A DNA stretch of 64,000 nucleotides. It comes from Treponemataceae bacterium. GTDB lineage: Bacteria; Spirochaetota; Spirochaetia; Treponematales; Rectinemataceae. The notes under the pieces are model-generated. The model was not told the DNA's origin. It did no database searches and saw nothing but the letters and a program-made list of their open reading frames with translations. Below are positions 51,101 to 58,615 of this stretch, piece after piece. The position numbers and the translations under genes are program-made. The stretch is from contig CAXXHO010000005.1 in assembly GCA_963667725.2 (NCBI GenBank), positions 640,001 to 704,000 of the forward strand. Direction: 5' to 3'. Positions within the stretch are counted from its first letter, which is position 1. Each line of letters opens with the position of its first letter.

Positions 51101-52557
51101 GCGAAGCGGTCGAAATCGGGGTCGAGCCCCACATCGTCGTAGCGGTACAGCACTACCCTGTCGAACTCGGCGAGGGGGATATCAGTACCCGAAAGAACGT
51201 CGCGAGGGGAAAAAGCGAAGGACTTGTCCCTGCCCGAAAGATCCATGCGGTACACGCGGCCGTAGAAGAGATTCGTTTCGGCGACAACTTGGGCTTTGGA
51301 CAAGAGTTCCTTTAGCGTTTTGAAAGAAGAAATCTCATAACGGCCAGCGTATTTTACAGGGCCGCTCACTTGGGCCTGACCCACGAGAAGCTCGGTGACC
51401 TTGCCGAAATAGACGAAGTCGCCGTCGGAGGCGAGCTTCGAGGAGAAGGAAGCGTTGGATAGATCGCCCGAGACAAGGCTTTTGCCCGATTCGGAGAAGC
51501 GAAGCAGCGTCACGCCGCCGGAGCGAGCCGAAGGCAGGGCGCCGCCCGCGAGCCCGAGCGCGGTCGCGATGCTGGTGTCGCCTTTCAGTTCATAGATGCC
51601 CGGTCGCTTGAGTTCGCCGGCCAAGGCCGCCACGGGACCGATGCCCGGCACGAAGAGGGAATCGCCCTCGCGAATGCGCAAGTCTATGGGAAGGCCTTTC
51701 ATAAGGCTGTCGTAAAAATCAATTTCCAGTTTTTCAGCCACACCCTTAGTCTGCCTCGTGAGCACGACCTTGCGCAGCGAACCCGTCTTCTTGATCCCGC
51801 CCGCCCTGGAGAGGACGGTGAGAATCGTATCGGCCCCGGAAGCGAGGACCGTGCCGGGATTCCCCGCATAGCCCGAAACGAAGACCGGGAACTGCCGCAA
51901 GGTGGCGAGGGTGAGGCTCATTTCGAGCTTCTTGTAGCGTCGATCGAGCATGCTCTTGATGACGGTCCGCACCGTGGCGAGATCCTGGCCCCATACCGCG
52001 ATCTGTCCGGCGGGAGGAAGGAAGATATATCCATTGCGGTCAACCGAGAGCGTATAGGAGGCTGAAATTTCCTTGATATCGACAGGATCGCCCCAGAGGT
52101 AGAGAACGAGGCTGTCGCCAGGTCCCAGCACATAATCGTCGCCGATGGAAGCGAGCGAGGGCGCTGTGGGCTTTTCGAAGAGCGAATAGCCGAACTGGGA
52201 AAGTTCCTGTGCGGGAGTGCCGAGGCCCGTGGCCATGCCGGCGAACATGGATTCAAGCGGAGAGTTGATGGCGTTAATCGGGGCGACAGTAGGAGCGGCG
52301 GTAGCCGACGTCCCCGGGGAAGCGAGGGCATTCACGGTAGGCTGTGCGGGAGCCGTGGTCGGTGCGGTTCCACCCGAAGCGCCCTGAGCGGCCAGCGCCT
52401 GCGCAATCGCCGCTTGGTCCATGGCTTGAGCGCCGGCTGAGAAGGATAAGCTCACCGCAAAAGCGAGCGAGCAGGTCAAGGCAATTGCTTTTCTTCTATT
52501 GATCGGCACTTTCAAACTCCGGATTCGTGGTGTTGCTTGTTCAGTATAATACATCAT
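45133..52557 (-). CDS. Giant polysaccharide export protein (Poly_export plus many SLBB domains; KpsD/Wza-like); true start possibly GTG near 52510
   Basis: DYVLGPGDSL Poly_export motif; repeated VxVxGxVxxPG SLBB modules; C-terminal helix. Confidence 0.85.
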   Translation of the reverse strand: MMYYTEQATPRIRSLKVPINRRKAIALTCSLAFAVSLSFSAGAQAMDQAAIAQALAAQGASGGTAPTTAPAQPTVNALASPGTSATAAPTVAPINAINSPLESMFAGMATGLGTPAQELSQFGYSLFEKPTAPSLASIGDDYVLGPGDSLVLYLWGDPVDIKEISASYTLSVDRNGYIFLPPAGQIAVWGQDLATVRTVIKSMLDRRYKKLEMSLTLATLRQFPVFVSGYAGNPGTVLASGADTILTVLSRAGGIKKTGSLRKVVLTRQTKGVAEKLEIDFYDSLMKGLPIDLRIREGDSLFVPGIGPVAALAGELKRPGIYELKGDTSIATALGLAGGALPSARSGGVTLLRFSESGKSLVSGDLSNASFSSKLASDGDFVYFGKVTELLVGQAQVSGPVKYAGRYEISSFKTLKELLSKAQVVAETNLFYGRVYRMDLSGRDKSFAFSPRDVLSGTDIPLAEFDRVVLYRYDDVGLDPDFDRFADTLVVSGPVKYPGFYLYKEGSTLSGLLSNNALTLDANPFYGEIIRKTASGAEEYFTFSPREILSGAKDSTLARLDKVRFVKRGADATTHDFDKFPDAVSLTGQVSRPEIYALGSGLKLSKILTKDQALLDTNLNYAEITRLKADGKNEYVTFRPSEVLDGSWDFELGSRDVVKLLKVGYAPAKPDFDRFSAAVQVTGPVQFGGLYAWRENMKLSSLLAKAKPSLVINQVYAEIVRPLGGDKFEYLTFSPKEVAAGIFDLSLKARDSVRFYTTVPATPLKQGVEVPAAVPAPAVPAAAEPVAATTAAPVPAPAAVGETTAPSIAAAVSTGMPSELSAESTADLGMFLEVVTVSGAVRYTGPWARTPTLKLSSVITVDQMLEETNLDYAELTRLKDDGSYEYQTFAPKDVLAKKFDLALQAKDSIRLVKKTAFGGALAPANIEKFADLVQLTGQAARPELFALLPGMKLSKILTKDRVLLDTNLNYAEITRLKADGKNEYLTFRPSEVLDGSWDFDLGSRDVVKLLKVGYAPAKPDFDRFSSAVQVIGPVQFGGLYAWKSGMKLSALLSLAQPAQETNKYYAEVVRPKGGGRYEYLTFAPREVADASFDLELQARDVVKLYTTAPAATAKLAAELPTETTTPATPVAGSTAPVSVAEVISEASPSDLGRFLEVVTISGTIRYIGPYARTPSLKLSSVITADQMLEETNLDYAELTRLKADGSSEYQTFAPREVLEGKYDLALQAKDSIRLVKKTIFGGTLGAVDIEKFADVVQLTGQAARPELFALLPGMKLSKILTKDQVLLDTNLNYAEITRLKADGKNEYVTFRPSEVLDGSWDFDLSARDMVKLLKVGYGPAKPDFDRFFAAVQVTGPVQFGGLYAWREDMKLSSLLAKSKPSLVINQVYAEIVRPLGGDKFEYLTFSPKEVAGGIFDLTLMARDSVRLYTTAPVSATKLGAETMGPDPAILTLPTAAPAEAASTEAVSTETTPVGPASPAVPVQSPGSPPAPASTVIAPAEASSVSPSDLGRFLEVVTVSGAVRYSGPWARTPTLKLSSVITADQMLEETNLDYAELTRLKADGSSEYATFAPREVLEGKFDLALRARDSIRLVKKTTFGGTLAAANVEKFADVVQLTGQVTKPELFALRPSMKLSTLITKDQMLLDTNLNYAEILRLRADGKNEYLTFRPGEVLSGAWDFEVGPRDQIKLVKVNYRPETPDFDRYPEAVLITGPTQFSGIFAWKRGMKLSAIQTMVKPLLIMNQVYAEIVRPLRGGKKQTVTFAPREVGSGIFDIELQPKDMIQYYSTLSPPVQNQTLGPINNGTQNGQITAISVEGAPPASSPAAPSAVGALSAPNSSDISPDVGFFLEIVNVSGVIRYVGPYARTPTLKLSSVVTSEQILQETNLDYAELTRRKPDGGWEFKSFSPREVLAGKMDMDLRAQDYIRFVNVGYLPEKPDFDHFGNAYAVVGSARRTGLYSTDAPKLLSEIITPEQIVSATYLYFAEIERWIMGGRIEYKTFSPYAVLVGLQDERIFPRDIIRLIPADEKTQTYDFSRNPDTVLIKGTTRYPGRYAWYEGLQLSHILAEDDILIETDTSYAEVRRRGMDSETILSFSPSSIVQGRTDVELQPRDNVIFYPKYSKLPVTASGEVQEPKVIPYYDNMEFSQVLRSVKLKIDLDSLKAVVTRTNGETLNIYLEEYLKRQSASKLVLQPGDAISFKRLLPEENLPIVTVRGAVQAPQSIEFKDGMRLADALQAAGGYDSRAYPKGIILIRRTAAENQKKQVDRIISQLEAVTGAGNALPNSTDTALSSAAAVVANLQIDLAVQRARLGSLKQMYKDGFGRISIDIPHTVEELARSSSNVVLERDDLIFVPTTPTYVLVSGEVSDQNVVAFRDGLTVRQAIAESGWVSNNADLQKTYIMRASGKLDSTEGKGFLFFRPSILKFELYPGDTVVVVAKSSKINVGWGYFKDIIDSGYKIMYTVMSTVSLLGL
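46750..50830 (-). repeat. Four in-frame tandem repeats of about 1 kb inside the SLBB gene (boundaries approximate)
   Basis: Marker CGGC(G/A)TAGTT at 47601, 48675, 49644, 50691; spacings 1074, 969, 1047, all multiples of 3. Confidence 0.85.
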
Positions 52558-52623
52558 TTTTATTTATTTCCTATAGTGACAAACATCGTGGATGTTTTCT
52601 AGAAACGGCAAAACATCAATTTT

Positions 52624-53610
52624 TCAAGCGGTCTGGGGACGCAGATGATCGTGCAGCCTGTTAAACAGGTGGGAACAGGTGCAGGTTTCATAAAAGGACT
52701 CCAGGTAATCCTGCCAGCCATGGGAAGGGAAGGAGAGGCTCGCGTGGATTTTGGAACAGGCGAGGTGACAGCAGGGCGGTCGCGGCGCCCTGCCGGGGGA
52801 GGTTTCGGCAGGGACGTGGCACAAGGCCACCGGGCGCTCGATGAGACGGTACTTCAAGGCAAGGCGGGCGTTTTCGGCCGCGAAACCGGCCCAGGATATT
52901 TTGCCATCATCAATATAATGGTAGATGCCGCCTGAAATCGGCAAGAAAGGCGTATTTTCGCCGGGGAAAAGGCTTAAGGAACCTTTTTCGCGGAGGGCCA
53001 TGCCGAGGAGGGCGTCGGCAAGGTTCCGGACCCAGGTGGGCGAGGCGACTTCGTCGTTGACGATGGCAAGATCGGTACCTGTCAGGGAAGCGCGGATGAG
53101 CCCAAGAAGGAGGTTGGCGAAGGGGCCGAACTCCTCGTCGCCATAGAGCCAGCCTGTGCGCAGGACGAGGGATGAGGGATTGGCGGCCAAGAGGGCACGC
53201 TCACCCTCAAGCTGGTACCGGCCAAGAACGTTGACCGGGCGGCAACTTCTCGATTCGGCGTAGCCGCGAGAGACAAGGTTGCCTGAAAAAACATAGTGCG
53301 TGCCCACTGAAATAAAGCGGACTTTGAGCCGCAAAGCCATGGCCGCCAGAAGGGACGGAAGGACGGCGCTTTGGTAGCGGGGATTATCAGGTTCGCGCTC
53401 GCAGCGATCGGGATCGAAGTCGGCCCCACAATAAATAAGATGGGTGAGGCGCGGGGCCGCTTTGAGCCTTGCCTCCAGGTCATCTAGCGCATGGGCACTG
53501 GGAGCGGCAAGCTCGGGCCCAGTACCGATAACCTCGACACGCAGCTTGCCGAAGGCCAATGAGGCGGCCTGGCCGAGCATCTTGTGTATTCCTACTATAC
53601 AGACTGCCAT
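52624..53610 (-). CDS. RmlD-like (dTDP-4-dehydrorhamnose reductase fold) protein with degenerate catalytic motifs
   Basis: LRTGWLYG, VNDEVASPT, GIYHY, APRP; lacks GxxGxxG and YxxxK. Confidence 0.7.
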   Translation of the reverse strand: MAVCIVGIHKMLGQAASLAFGKLRVEVIGTGPELAAPSAHALDDLEARLKAAPRLTHLIYCGADFDPDRCEREPDNPRYQSAVLPSLLAAMALRLKVRFISVGTHYVFSGNLVSRGYAESRSCRPVNVLGRYQLEGERALLAANPSSLVLRTGWLYGDEEFGPFANLLLGLIRASLTGTDLAIVNDEVASPTWVRNLADALLGMALREKGSLSLFPGENTPFLPISGGIYHYIDDGKISWAGFAAENARLALKYRLIERPVALCHVPAETSPGRAPRPPCCHLACSKIHASLSFPSHGWQDYLESFYETCTCSHLFNRLHDHLRPQTA

Positions 53611-53648
53611 GGTAATTATTTAAATTGTTTGCCGTTGCTTCAGGCGGT

Positions 53649-53687
53649 AAAGTTAAAAATTGGGGTCAGACCCCGATTTTTAACTTT
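53649..53687. repeat. Palindromic cassette-boundary site R1
   Basis: AAAGTTAAAAATT-GGGGTCAGACCCC-GATTTTTAACTTT. Confidence 0.9.
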
Positions 53688-53689
53688 GT

Positions 53690-54802
53690 TCAGCGAGTGA
53701 TGTAGTTCTTCTCTATCCAGGTTCGGTACTCGCCTGAACGGACATGGGAGCACCATGCCTGGTTGTCCAGATACCAGCGGACGGTGGCGCGAAGGCCAGC
53801 GTCGAAGGTGAAATGTTGTTTCCAGCCAAGTTCATTTTTCAATTTGGAACAGTCGATGGCGTAGCGACGGTCGTGGCCGGGGCGATCTTTCACGTAGGTG
53901 ATGAGGGCTTCGAGGGAGGCTGGATTTCGGTTGCTCTCTTCAGCGACGAGGGCAATGAGACGGCGCAGGAGCGTGATGTTCTCCCATTCATTCTCGCCGC
54001 CGATGTTGTAGGTTTCGCCAGCCCGACCACGATTCATGATAGTCCACACCGCTTCATTGTGGTCTTCCACGTAGACCCAGTCGCGGATATTCCTGCCGTC
54101 GCCGTAGACGGGAAGCGCCTTCCCCTCGAGCATGTTGAGGATCATCAAGGGAATCAGCTTTTCCGGGAATTGATACGGTCCGTAATTGTTGGAACAGTTC
54201 GAGACTGTGACCGGGAGGCCGTAGGTGTGGAAGTAGGCTTTCGCCAGATGGTCGCTGGAGGCTTTGGATGCCGAATACGGCGAACGCGGATCGTAGGGTG
54301 TGGATTCTGTGAAATAGCCCGAGTCACCCAGGGAGCCGAATACCTCGTCGGTGCTCACATGATGGAAGAGAACATCGCCGCGGGCGCCGCCTGACGCGGC
54401 ACCTGCGGCACCGACGCCCCAGGCTTTTCGCGCGACATCGAGCAACGTATAGGTACCAAGGACATTCGTTCTGATGAACGCTTCGGGTCCGAGAATCGAG
54501 CGATCGACATGGCTTTCCGCGGCGAAATGAACCACCGTGTCGATGTCATAGTCGACAAAGACCTTCTCGACGAGGCCGCGGTCGGTGATATCGCCCTTGA
54601 CGAAAGCGTAGCGGGCGGCGGCGCTTGTGCCACCGAACCGCGCGTCGATATCGGCAAGACTCTCCGGATTCCCCGCATAGGTGAGCGCGTCCAGGTTGAT
54701 AACGCGTCCGGCGAAGTCAGGCCTGGCGAAAAGCCAGTGGATGAAGTTCGATCCAATGAAGCCCGAACCGCCGGTGACAAGTATTGAAGACAATTTTCTC
54801 AT
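53690..54802 (-). CDS. rmlB: dTDP-glucose 4,6-dehydratase
   Basis: VTGGSGFIGSNF, HFAAESHVDRSI, STDEVFG, YSASK, DRPGHDRRY. Confidence 0.95.
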   Translation of the reverse strand: MRKLSSILVTGGSGFIGSNFIHWLFARPDFAGRVINLDALTYAGNPESLADIDARFGGTSAAARYAFVKGDITDRGLVEKVFVDYDIDTVVHFAAESHVDRSILGPEAFIRTNVLGTYTLLDVARKAWGVGAAGAASGGARGDVLFHHVSTDEVFGSLGDSGYFTESTPYDPRSPYSASKASSDHLAKAYFHTYGLPVTVSNCSNNYGPYQFPEKLIPLMILNMLEGKALPVYGDGRNIRDWVYVEDHNEAVWTIMNRGRAGETYNIGGENEWENITLLRRLIALVAEESNRNPASLEALITYVKDRPGHDRRYAIDCSKLKNELGWKQHFTFDAGLRATVRWYLDNQAWCSHVRSGEYRTWIEKNYITR

Positions 54803-54820
54803 TGGAATTCCCTTTCTTGG

Positions 54821-54857
54821 AAGTTAACAAATGGGGTCAGACCCCATTTGTTAACTT
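54821..54857. repeat. Palindromic site R2 (perfect 18-bp arms)
   Basis: AAGTTAACAAATGGGGTC-A-GACCCCATTTGTTAACTT. Confidence 0.9.
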
Positions 54858-55589
54858 TATACGCTTGGAGATGGCAGCTGGACTGAGACCGAGGTAGCGG
54901 GCGATCTGCGATTGGCTGTAACCATCGCGAAGGGCACTTTCAATTGCTTCGTCGCGTACTGCACGCTCTATACCATCACGCTTACGCGCTAAATTCGCTA
55001 TAAGGAAATGCTGCGGGAGCGATTTGCACATGGCAAGCCTCAAGGAGTCAGGGGCTTCGGCATCAGCAGGCTTGACTCCGGCGACTTCGGCTCGCGGCAA
55101 GAACTTTGTGCTGAAGAATTCTGTAAGTTGGGCGATTTCTTCCTGGCTTAGCGCAGGATTTTTCGTGACCGAACTCGCCCAGGGGTATTCGCCGATCCGC
55201 GATGTCATGCCTTTTTTGATGGGATTACGCTCGATATATTTTATAAGAACGTTAAGGTACTTTTCATCGTGCACAAACCAGGATTTAAAACGGCCTTGCC
55301 AGAGAGAACCGACGCGGTCGTATTTACGATTAAAATATTGCGTATAGTCCTGGTCCAAGCGCTTGAGCGCTGACGAAAGATTCTCAAACCGCGTTTCCAA
55401 CAACAAATGATAATGATTCGGCATAAGGCAGTAGGCAACGACATCGAAATCAAAGGCCGATTTTTGGTTGTCGAGGAGGTCCAGGAATCGCCGACAATCT
55501 GGATCGTCCATAAAGATTAAGCGCTTTTCCACACCTCTGTTTATGACATGGTAGAGGCCGATCCGATTCATTCGCGGCAATCGCGACAT
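54837..55589 (-). CDS. HUH/Y1 transposase, REP-associated tyrosine transposase (RAYT)-like, with C-terminal HTH
   Basis: YHVINRG, AYCLMPNHYHLL (HUH), LWQGRF, YIERNP (catalytic Tyr), YPWAS; GYSQSQIARYLGLSPAAISK HTH; RBS GGAGGTG. Confidence 0.9.
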   Translation of the reverse strand: MSRLPRMNRIGLYHVINRGVEKRLIFMDDPDCRRFLDLLDNQKSAFDFDVVAYCLMPNHYHLLLETRFENLSSALKRLDQDYTQYFNRKYDRVGSLWQGRFKSWFVHDEKYLNVLIKYIERNPIKKGMTSRIGEYPWASSVTKNPALSQEEIAQLTEFFSTKFLPRAEVAGVKPADAEAPDSLRLAMCKSLPQHFLIANLARKRDGIERAVRDEAIESALRDGYSQSQIARYLGLSPAAISKRIKLTNGV

Positions 55590-55660
55590 GGCCAGGCACC
55601 TCCGCGTGCAATATTTATGCGCACGGCAGGCAGCTAAAAGATTCAAAGGCCGGGGCAAAA

Positions 55661-55695
55661 AGTTAAAAATTGGGGTCAGACCCCGATTTTTAACT
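55661..55695. repeat. Palindromic site R3
   Basis: AGTTAAAAATT-GGGGTCAGACCCC-GATTTTTAACT. Confidence 0.9.
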
Positions 55696-56374
55696 CGGCA
55701 GGGGGCTTAGGCAGATCCGCAAACCAGGTATTCCACAGCTGCGTCCGTGGGCTTACGAGCGACCACGCGGTTAGGAAAATGAGCGTGAAATAATTGCCGA
55801 GGCTCCTGTGCCGCGTCCACCAGACCTCGAGATCGCCCTTGTAGGGAGCGATGACGGTATCATGAAAATGGTCGCGGTCGCCCTGGATCTCGTCGAGAAT
55901 GGATTCCTCGTCGCGGAAAACCACGGATCCGATACCCGTGAGACCTGGCGGCACGGCGTCGATGGCGGCGCGCACCTGCGCCGAATACAGCTCGTAATGG
56001 CGCCTCGCCTGGGGGCGGGGACCCACGAAGCTCATCTGGCCCAGGAAAATGTTGGCGAGCTGGGGAAGTTCGTTGATCTTGGTTTTGCGCAGAAAATTGC
56101 CCATGGGGAGGATACGCGGATCATTCTTCTGCGTGAGGACGCCGCCCGGCAGGTTGGGGCTGTTTTTAAGCATGGTGGCGAACTTGAAAACATTGAAGTC
56201 GCGGCCGCCAAAGCCGACGCGGGGCTGGAGATAAAAAATATAGTGTTCGCCAGTGAGCTTCAGGCCGACCATGATGGGCAGCATGAAGGGGAAGAGAATG
56301 AGCATGGCGACAGAGGAAAAAATGATATCGAAGAGGCGTATGAGCATTGGCGCGAATGTAGACACTGAAGGCAT
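55676..56374 (-). CDS. Bacterial sugar transferase (initiating phosphoglycosyl transferase, PglC/WbaP small type)
   Basis: RLFDI, YLQPRVG, KFATM, DPRI, LRKTKINELPQL, MSFVGPRP, PGLTG. Confidence 0.92.
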   Translation of the reverse strand: MPSVSTFAPMLIRLFDIIFSSVAMLILFPFMLPIMVGLKLTGEHYIFYLQPRVGFGGRDFNVFKFATMLKNSPNLPGGVLTQKNDPRILPMGNFLRKTKINELPQLANIFLGQMSFVGPRPQARRHYELYSAQVRAAIDAVPPGLTGIGSVVFRDEESILDEIQGDRDHFHDTVIAPYKGDLEVWWTRHRSLGNYFTLIFLTAWSLVSPRTQLWNTWFADLPKPPAELKIGV

Positions 56375-56384
56375 GGGCCGTCCT

Positions 56385-56425
56385 AAAGGTTGAAATTTGG
56401 GGTCAGACCCCGTTTGTTAACTTTT
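56385..56425. repeat. Palindromic site R4 (mismatched arms)
   Basis: AAAGGTTGAAATTT-GGGGTCAGACCCC-GTTTGTTAACTTTT. Confidence 0.85.
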
Positions 56426-57129
56426 GAAGGTCATCGGCGAGAAGGGCTTGGAGGTAGCGCCAATAATCGTCGGAGAGAGCGGTATCGACAATCGGTCCCA
56501 ATGGGAGGAAGCGACGCATCTCGTTCCGGAAGTCTTCCCGGATCGAAGCATCAGCGCCGATACTCCCGATACGCGCCGTGAGTGAGTCAAAAAATCCTGA
56601 CGTCGTTTTATGGTGATCTAGTATTTTTTGGGCAATAAAATCGGTATTCAACGCGACACCCTGTCGCTCGAGCCAGGCAATATCCCATAGATCGCGGTTT
56701 TTAATTCTATTCGGCCTGAATGCCAGAGCGAGGAATTTATCGGCGAGTATTTCCTCCCGGCTCTGCGCGCGAAGGATGAGCCCCGAAGTTCCCATTTCCA
56801 CACCGTATCGATTGCGAAGCATCATGGGGCGGAATTCGTGGCTAGGGATCGAGCAGATATCGATATGGATACGTTGGGCTTTCAGATCTTTCCGCTCCGG
56901 CCGCGTCCGCACTATCACCTTCCACGTATCGACGTTCCCAGCCTCCCGAACCGTAACAAGCCCTAAGGCAGGTGCCTCCGATGAAGGTAAGCAGGACCAA
57001 CAGGCCAGCGTCGCTCATCAATCGCAGGATATCGTGATGGAGCAACTCCTTTTCGACGACAGGACGAAGCACCGCGAGTTCGGGGCTATTGCGGATCGCT
57101 TCGTCGACGAGCGCGTCAAAGAGGCTCAT
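56403..57129 (-). pseudogene. AbiEii-family nucleotidyltransferase toxin, disrupted (frame change near 56945)
   Basis: N-half VEKELLHHDIL...FIGGTCLRACYGS; C-half in another frame EAGNVDTWK...EILADKFLAL...RDLWDI; the expected SEDLDF segment is absent. Confidence 0.75.
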
Positions 57130-57680
57130 CTTTCATCCTTTTGCGCAACGAGACTCATATCGACAAGATCCATGGGCCTTTTGGCCGAACGCATATCCGC
57201 AAGCGCGAGGGCGATCGAAGCCCGCCAGAGTCGACATTGCCCGTCCCAGCTTAGCTCAGAAGCGAGGCGCGAAGGATCTTTGCCGGTATGGATGAATTCG
57301 ATAGTGCCAAAGCCCTCGCACTCAATTTTTCCGGATCGACCCGAACTCATGACTGTAATCCAGGAAAATGGAATCTGGGATATGAGTCCCGCGTCAGATA
57401 GCACCGTTTCACGACTCAGATAATTGAAACGCTCGGCTCGCAGACGGGCCGCGGCATGGAACAGCACTCTATCCCGCGGGTAATCTACTTTTTCGTAGAT
57501 ATAGAGGTTCCTGCATAGCCGTTTCAGCGATCCCATCCTCGATGCCCTGGAAACGAGGGTCTTGAAGGTATCGTAGGATAACTCGGGCAAAAGAGCGTGG
57601 AGATCGCGCAGGGAGAAAAGGTAGTGCTCGCGGTCAGCAAGCCGCGCGAGTGTCTCAGAAAAGATCCTGACTGGCTGCAT
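57126..57680 (-). CDS. AbiEi-family type IV antitoxin
   Basis: LKRLCRNLY, NYLSRETVLSDAGLISQIP, GTIEFIHT; 4-bp overlap with abiEii. Confidence 0.8.
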   Translation of the reverse strand: MQPVRIFSETLARLADREHYLFSLRDLHALLPELSYDTFKTLVSRASRMGSLKRLCRNLYIYEKVDYPRDRVLFHAAARLRAERFNYLSRETVLSDAGLISQIPFSWITVMSSGRSGKIECEGFGTIEFIHTGKDPSRLASELSWDGQCRLWRASIALALADMRSAKRPMDLVDMSLVAQKDER

Positions 57681-57712
57681 TTCCGCTCCGATCGACTGCT
57701 GATAAGCGGCAA

Positions 57713-57729
57713 GTTACACTAAGTGTAAC
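57713..57729. promoter_or_regulatory. Inverted repeat upstream of abiEi, probable autoregulatory operator
   Basis: GTTACACT-A-AGTGTAAC. Confidence 0.5.
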
Positions 57730-57751
57730 CTAGTGTCGATCAAAATTCAAT

Positions 57752-57791
57752 AAAGTTAAAATTTGGGGTCAGACCCCGTTTGTTAACTTTT
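57752..57791. repeat. Palindromic site R5 (mismatched arms)
   Basis: AAAGTTAAAATTT-GGGGTCAGACCCC-GTTTGTTAACTTTT. Confidence 0.9.
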
Positions 57792-58190
57792 GGGCCAAAG
57801 AATCTTTAAGCCGAAATCCTTGAACCTCTCAAATTCTCCATCTTTACTCACTATCGTCATATTCCTTCGAATACATTGCCAGATCAACATTCTGTCGAAG
57901 GGATCATTGTGCGTGTTCTCGGCCAAGTTCACATAACTGCTCGCTTCCTCGGGAGTCAGGTCGATAAGCTGAAAATCCATCTTCTCCGCAAAAGAAATCA
58001 AGTCTTCAATAGGCAGGCCACCAAGATCCAGTTTCTTGATCCTTGTCTTTATCGCGATTTCCCAAAAAGTGACGGCACTAACAAAGACTTCATTGTGTGG
58101 ATTCTTGAGTTCCGACAGCACTTTTTCCGGCAAGGATTTGGATCGAGTGACCGACCAAAGAAATGCGCGGGTATCCAGCAGGTACTTCAT
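57783..58190 (-). CDS. VapC/PIN-domain toxin
   Basis: YLLDT, SAVTFWEIAIK, HNDPFDRMLIWQ. Confidence 0.9.
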   Translation of the reverse strand: MKYLLDTRAFLWSVTRSKSLPEKVLSELKNPHNEVFVSAVTFWEIAIKTRIKKLDLGGLPIEDLISFAEKMDFQLIDLTPEEASSYVNLAENTHNDPFDRMLIWQCIRRNMTIVSKDGEFERFKDFGLKILWPKS

Positions 58191-58429
58191 TCCAGACCTA
58201 CGAGCTCTTCTTCCGTCATCTTGAAATCAGCAGAAAATCGTACCGTATACTTGCCGTCAAGAATCCCTAGTTTCCTTTCTTTCTTCTCTTCAAGGTCCTC
58301 GAAGGGTACAATCATCGCAACGGGCTTTTTCTTTTTACCATAGAGAATTCCAAACTTCTGGCCTTGCCGTACCTTTTCGAGAACTTCCGAGAATTGAGCC
58401 TTCAGCTCACCGACAGGCAGTGTTTTCAT
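58187..58429 (-). CDS. Phd/YefM-family antitoxin
   Basis: MKTLPVGELKAQFSEVLEKV...KPVAMIVP; 4-bp overlap with the PIN gene. Confidence 0.85.
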   Translation of the reverse strand: MKTLPVGELKAQFSEVLEKVRQGQKFGILYGKKKKPVAMIVPFEDLEEKKERKLGILDGKYTVRFSADFKMTEEELVGLE

Positions 58430-58493
58430 ACCCAAAGCGTACCTATACTATTTTTGTTTGTCAAGTTGACAAGTTTGATTTCGATACATTGTT

Positions 58494-58526
58494 GGACAGG
58501 ATACCAGGACCGCCAGAATGTACAGG
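58494..58526. repeat. Family 2 degenerate half copy C
   Basis: GGACAGGATACCAGGACCGCCAGAATGTACAGG, 8 bp before R6. Confidence 0.65.
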
Positions 58527-58534
58527 AAAGCTAT

Positions 58535-58561
58535 AAAAGTTAAAAATTGGGGTCAGACCCC
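58535..58561. repeat. Site R6 (left arm plus core only)
   Basis: AAAAGTTAAAAATT-GGGGTCAGACCCC then unrelated sequence. Confidence 0.85.
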
Positions 58562-58615
58562 GGTTCTATCGCGGAACCGTTTGACATAGTATCGGTTCTG
58601 CGGTAGACTCGATCT

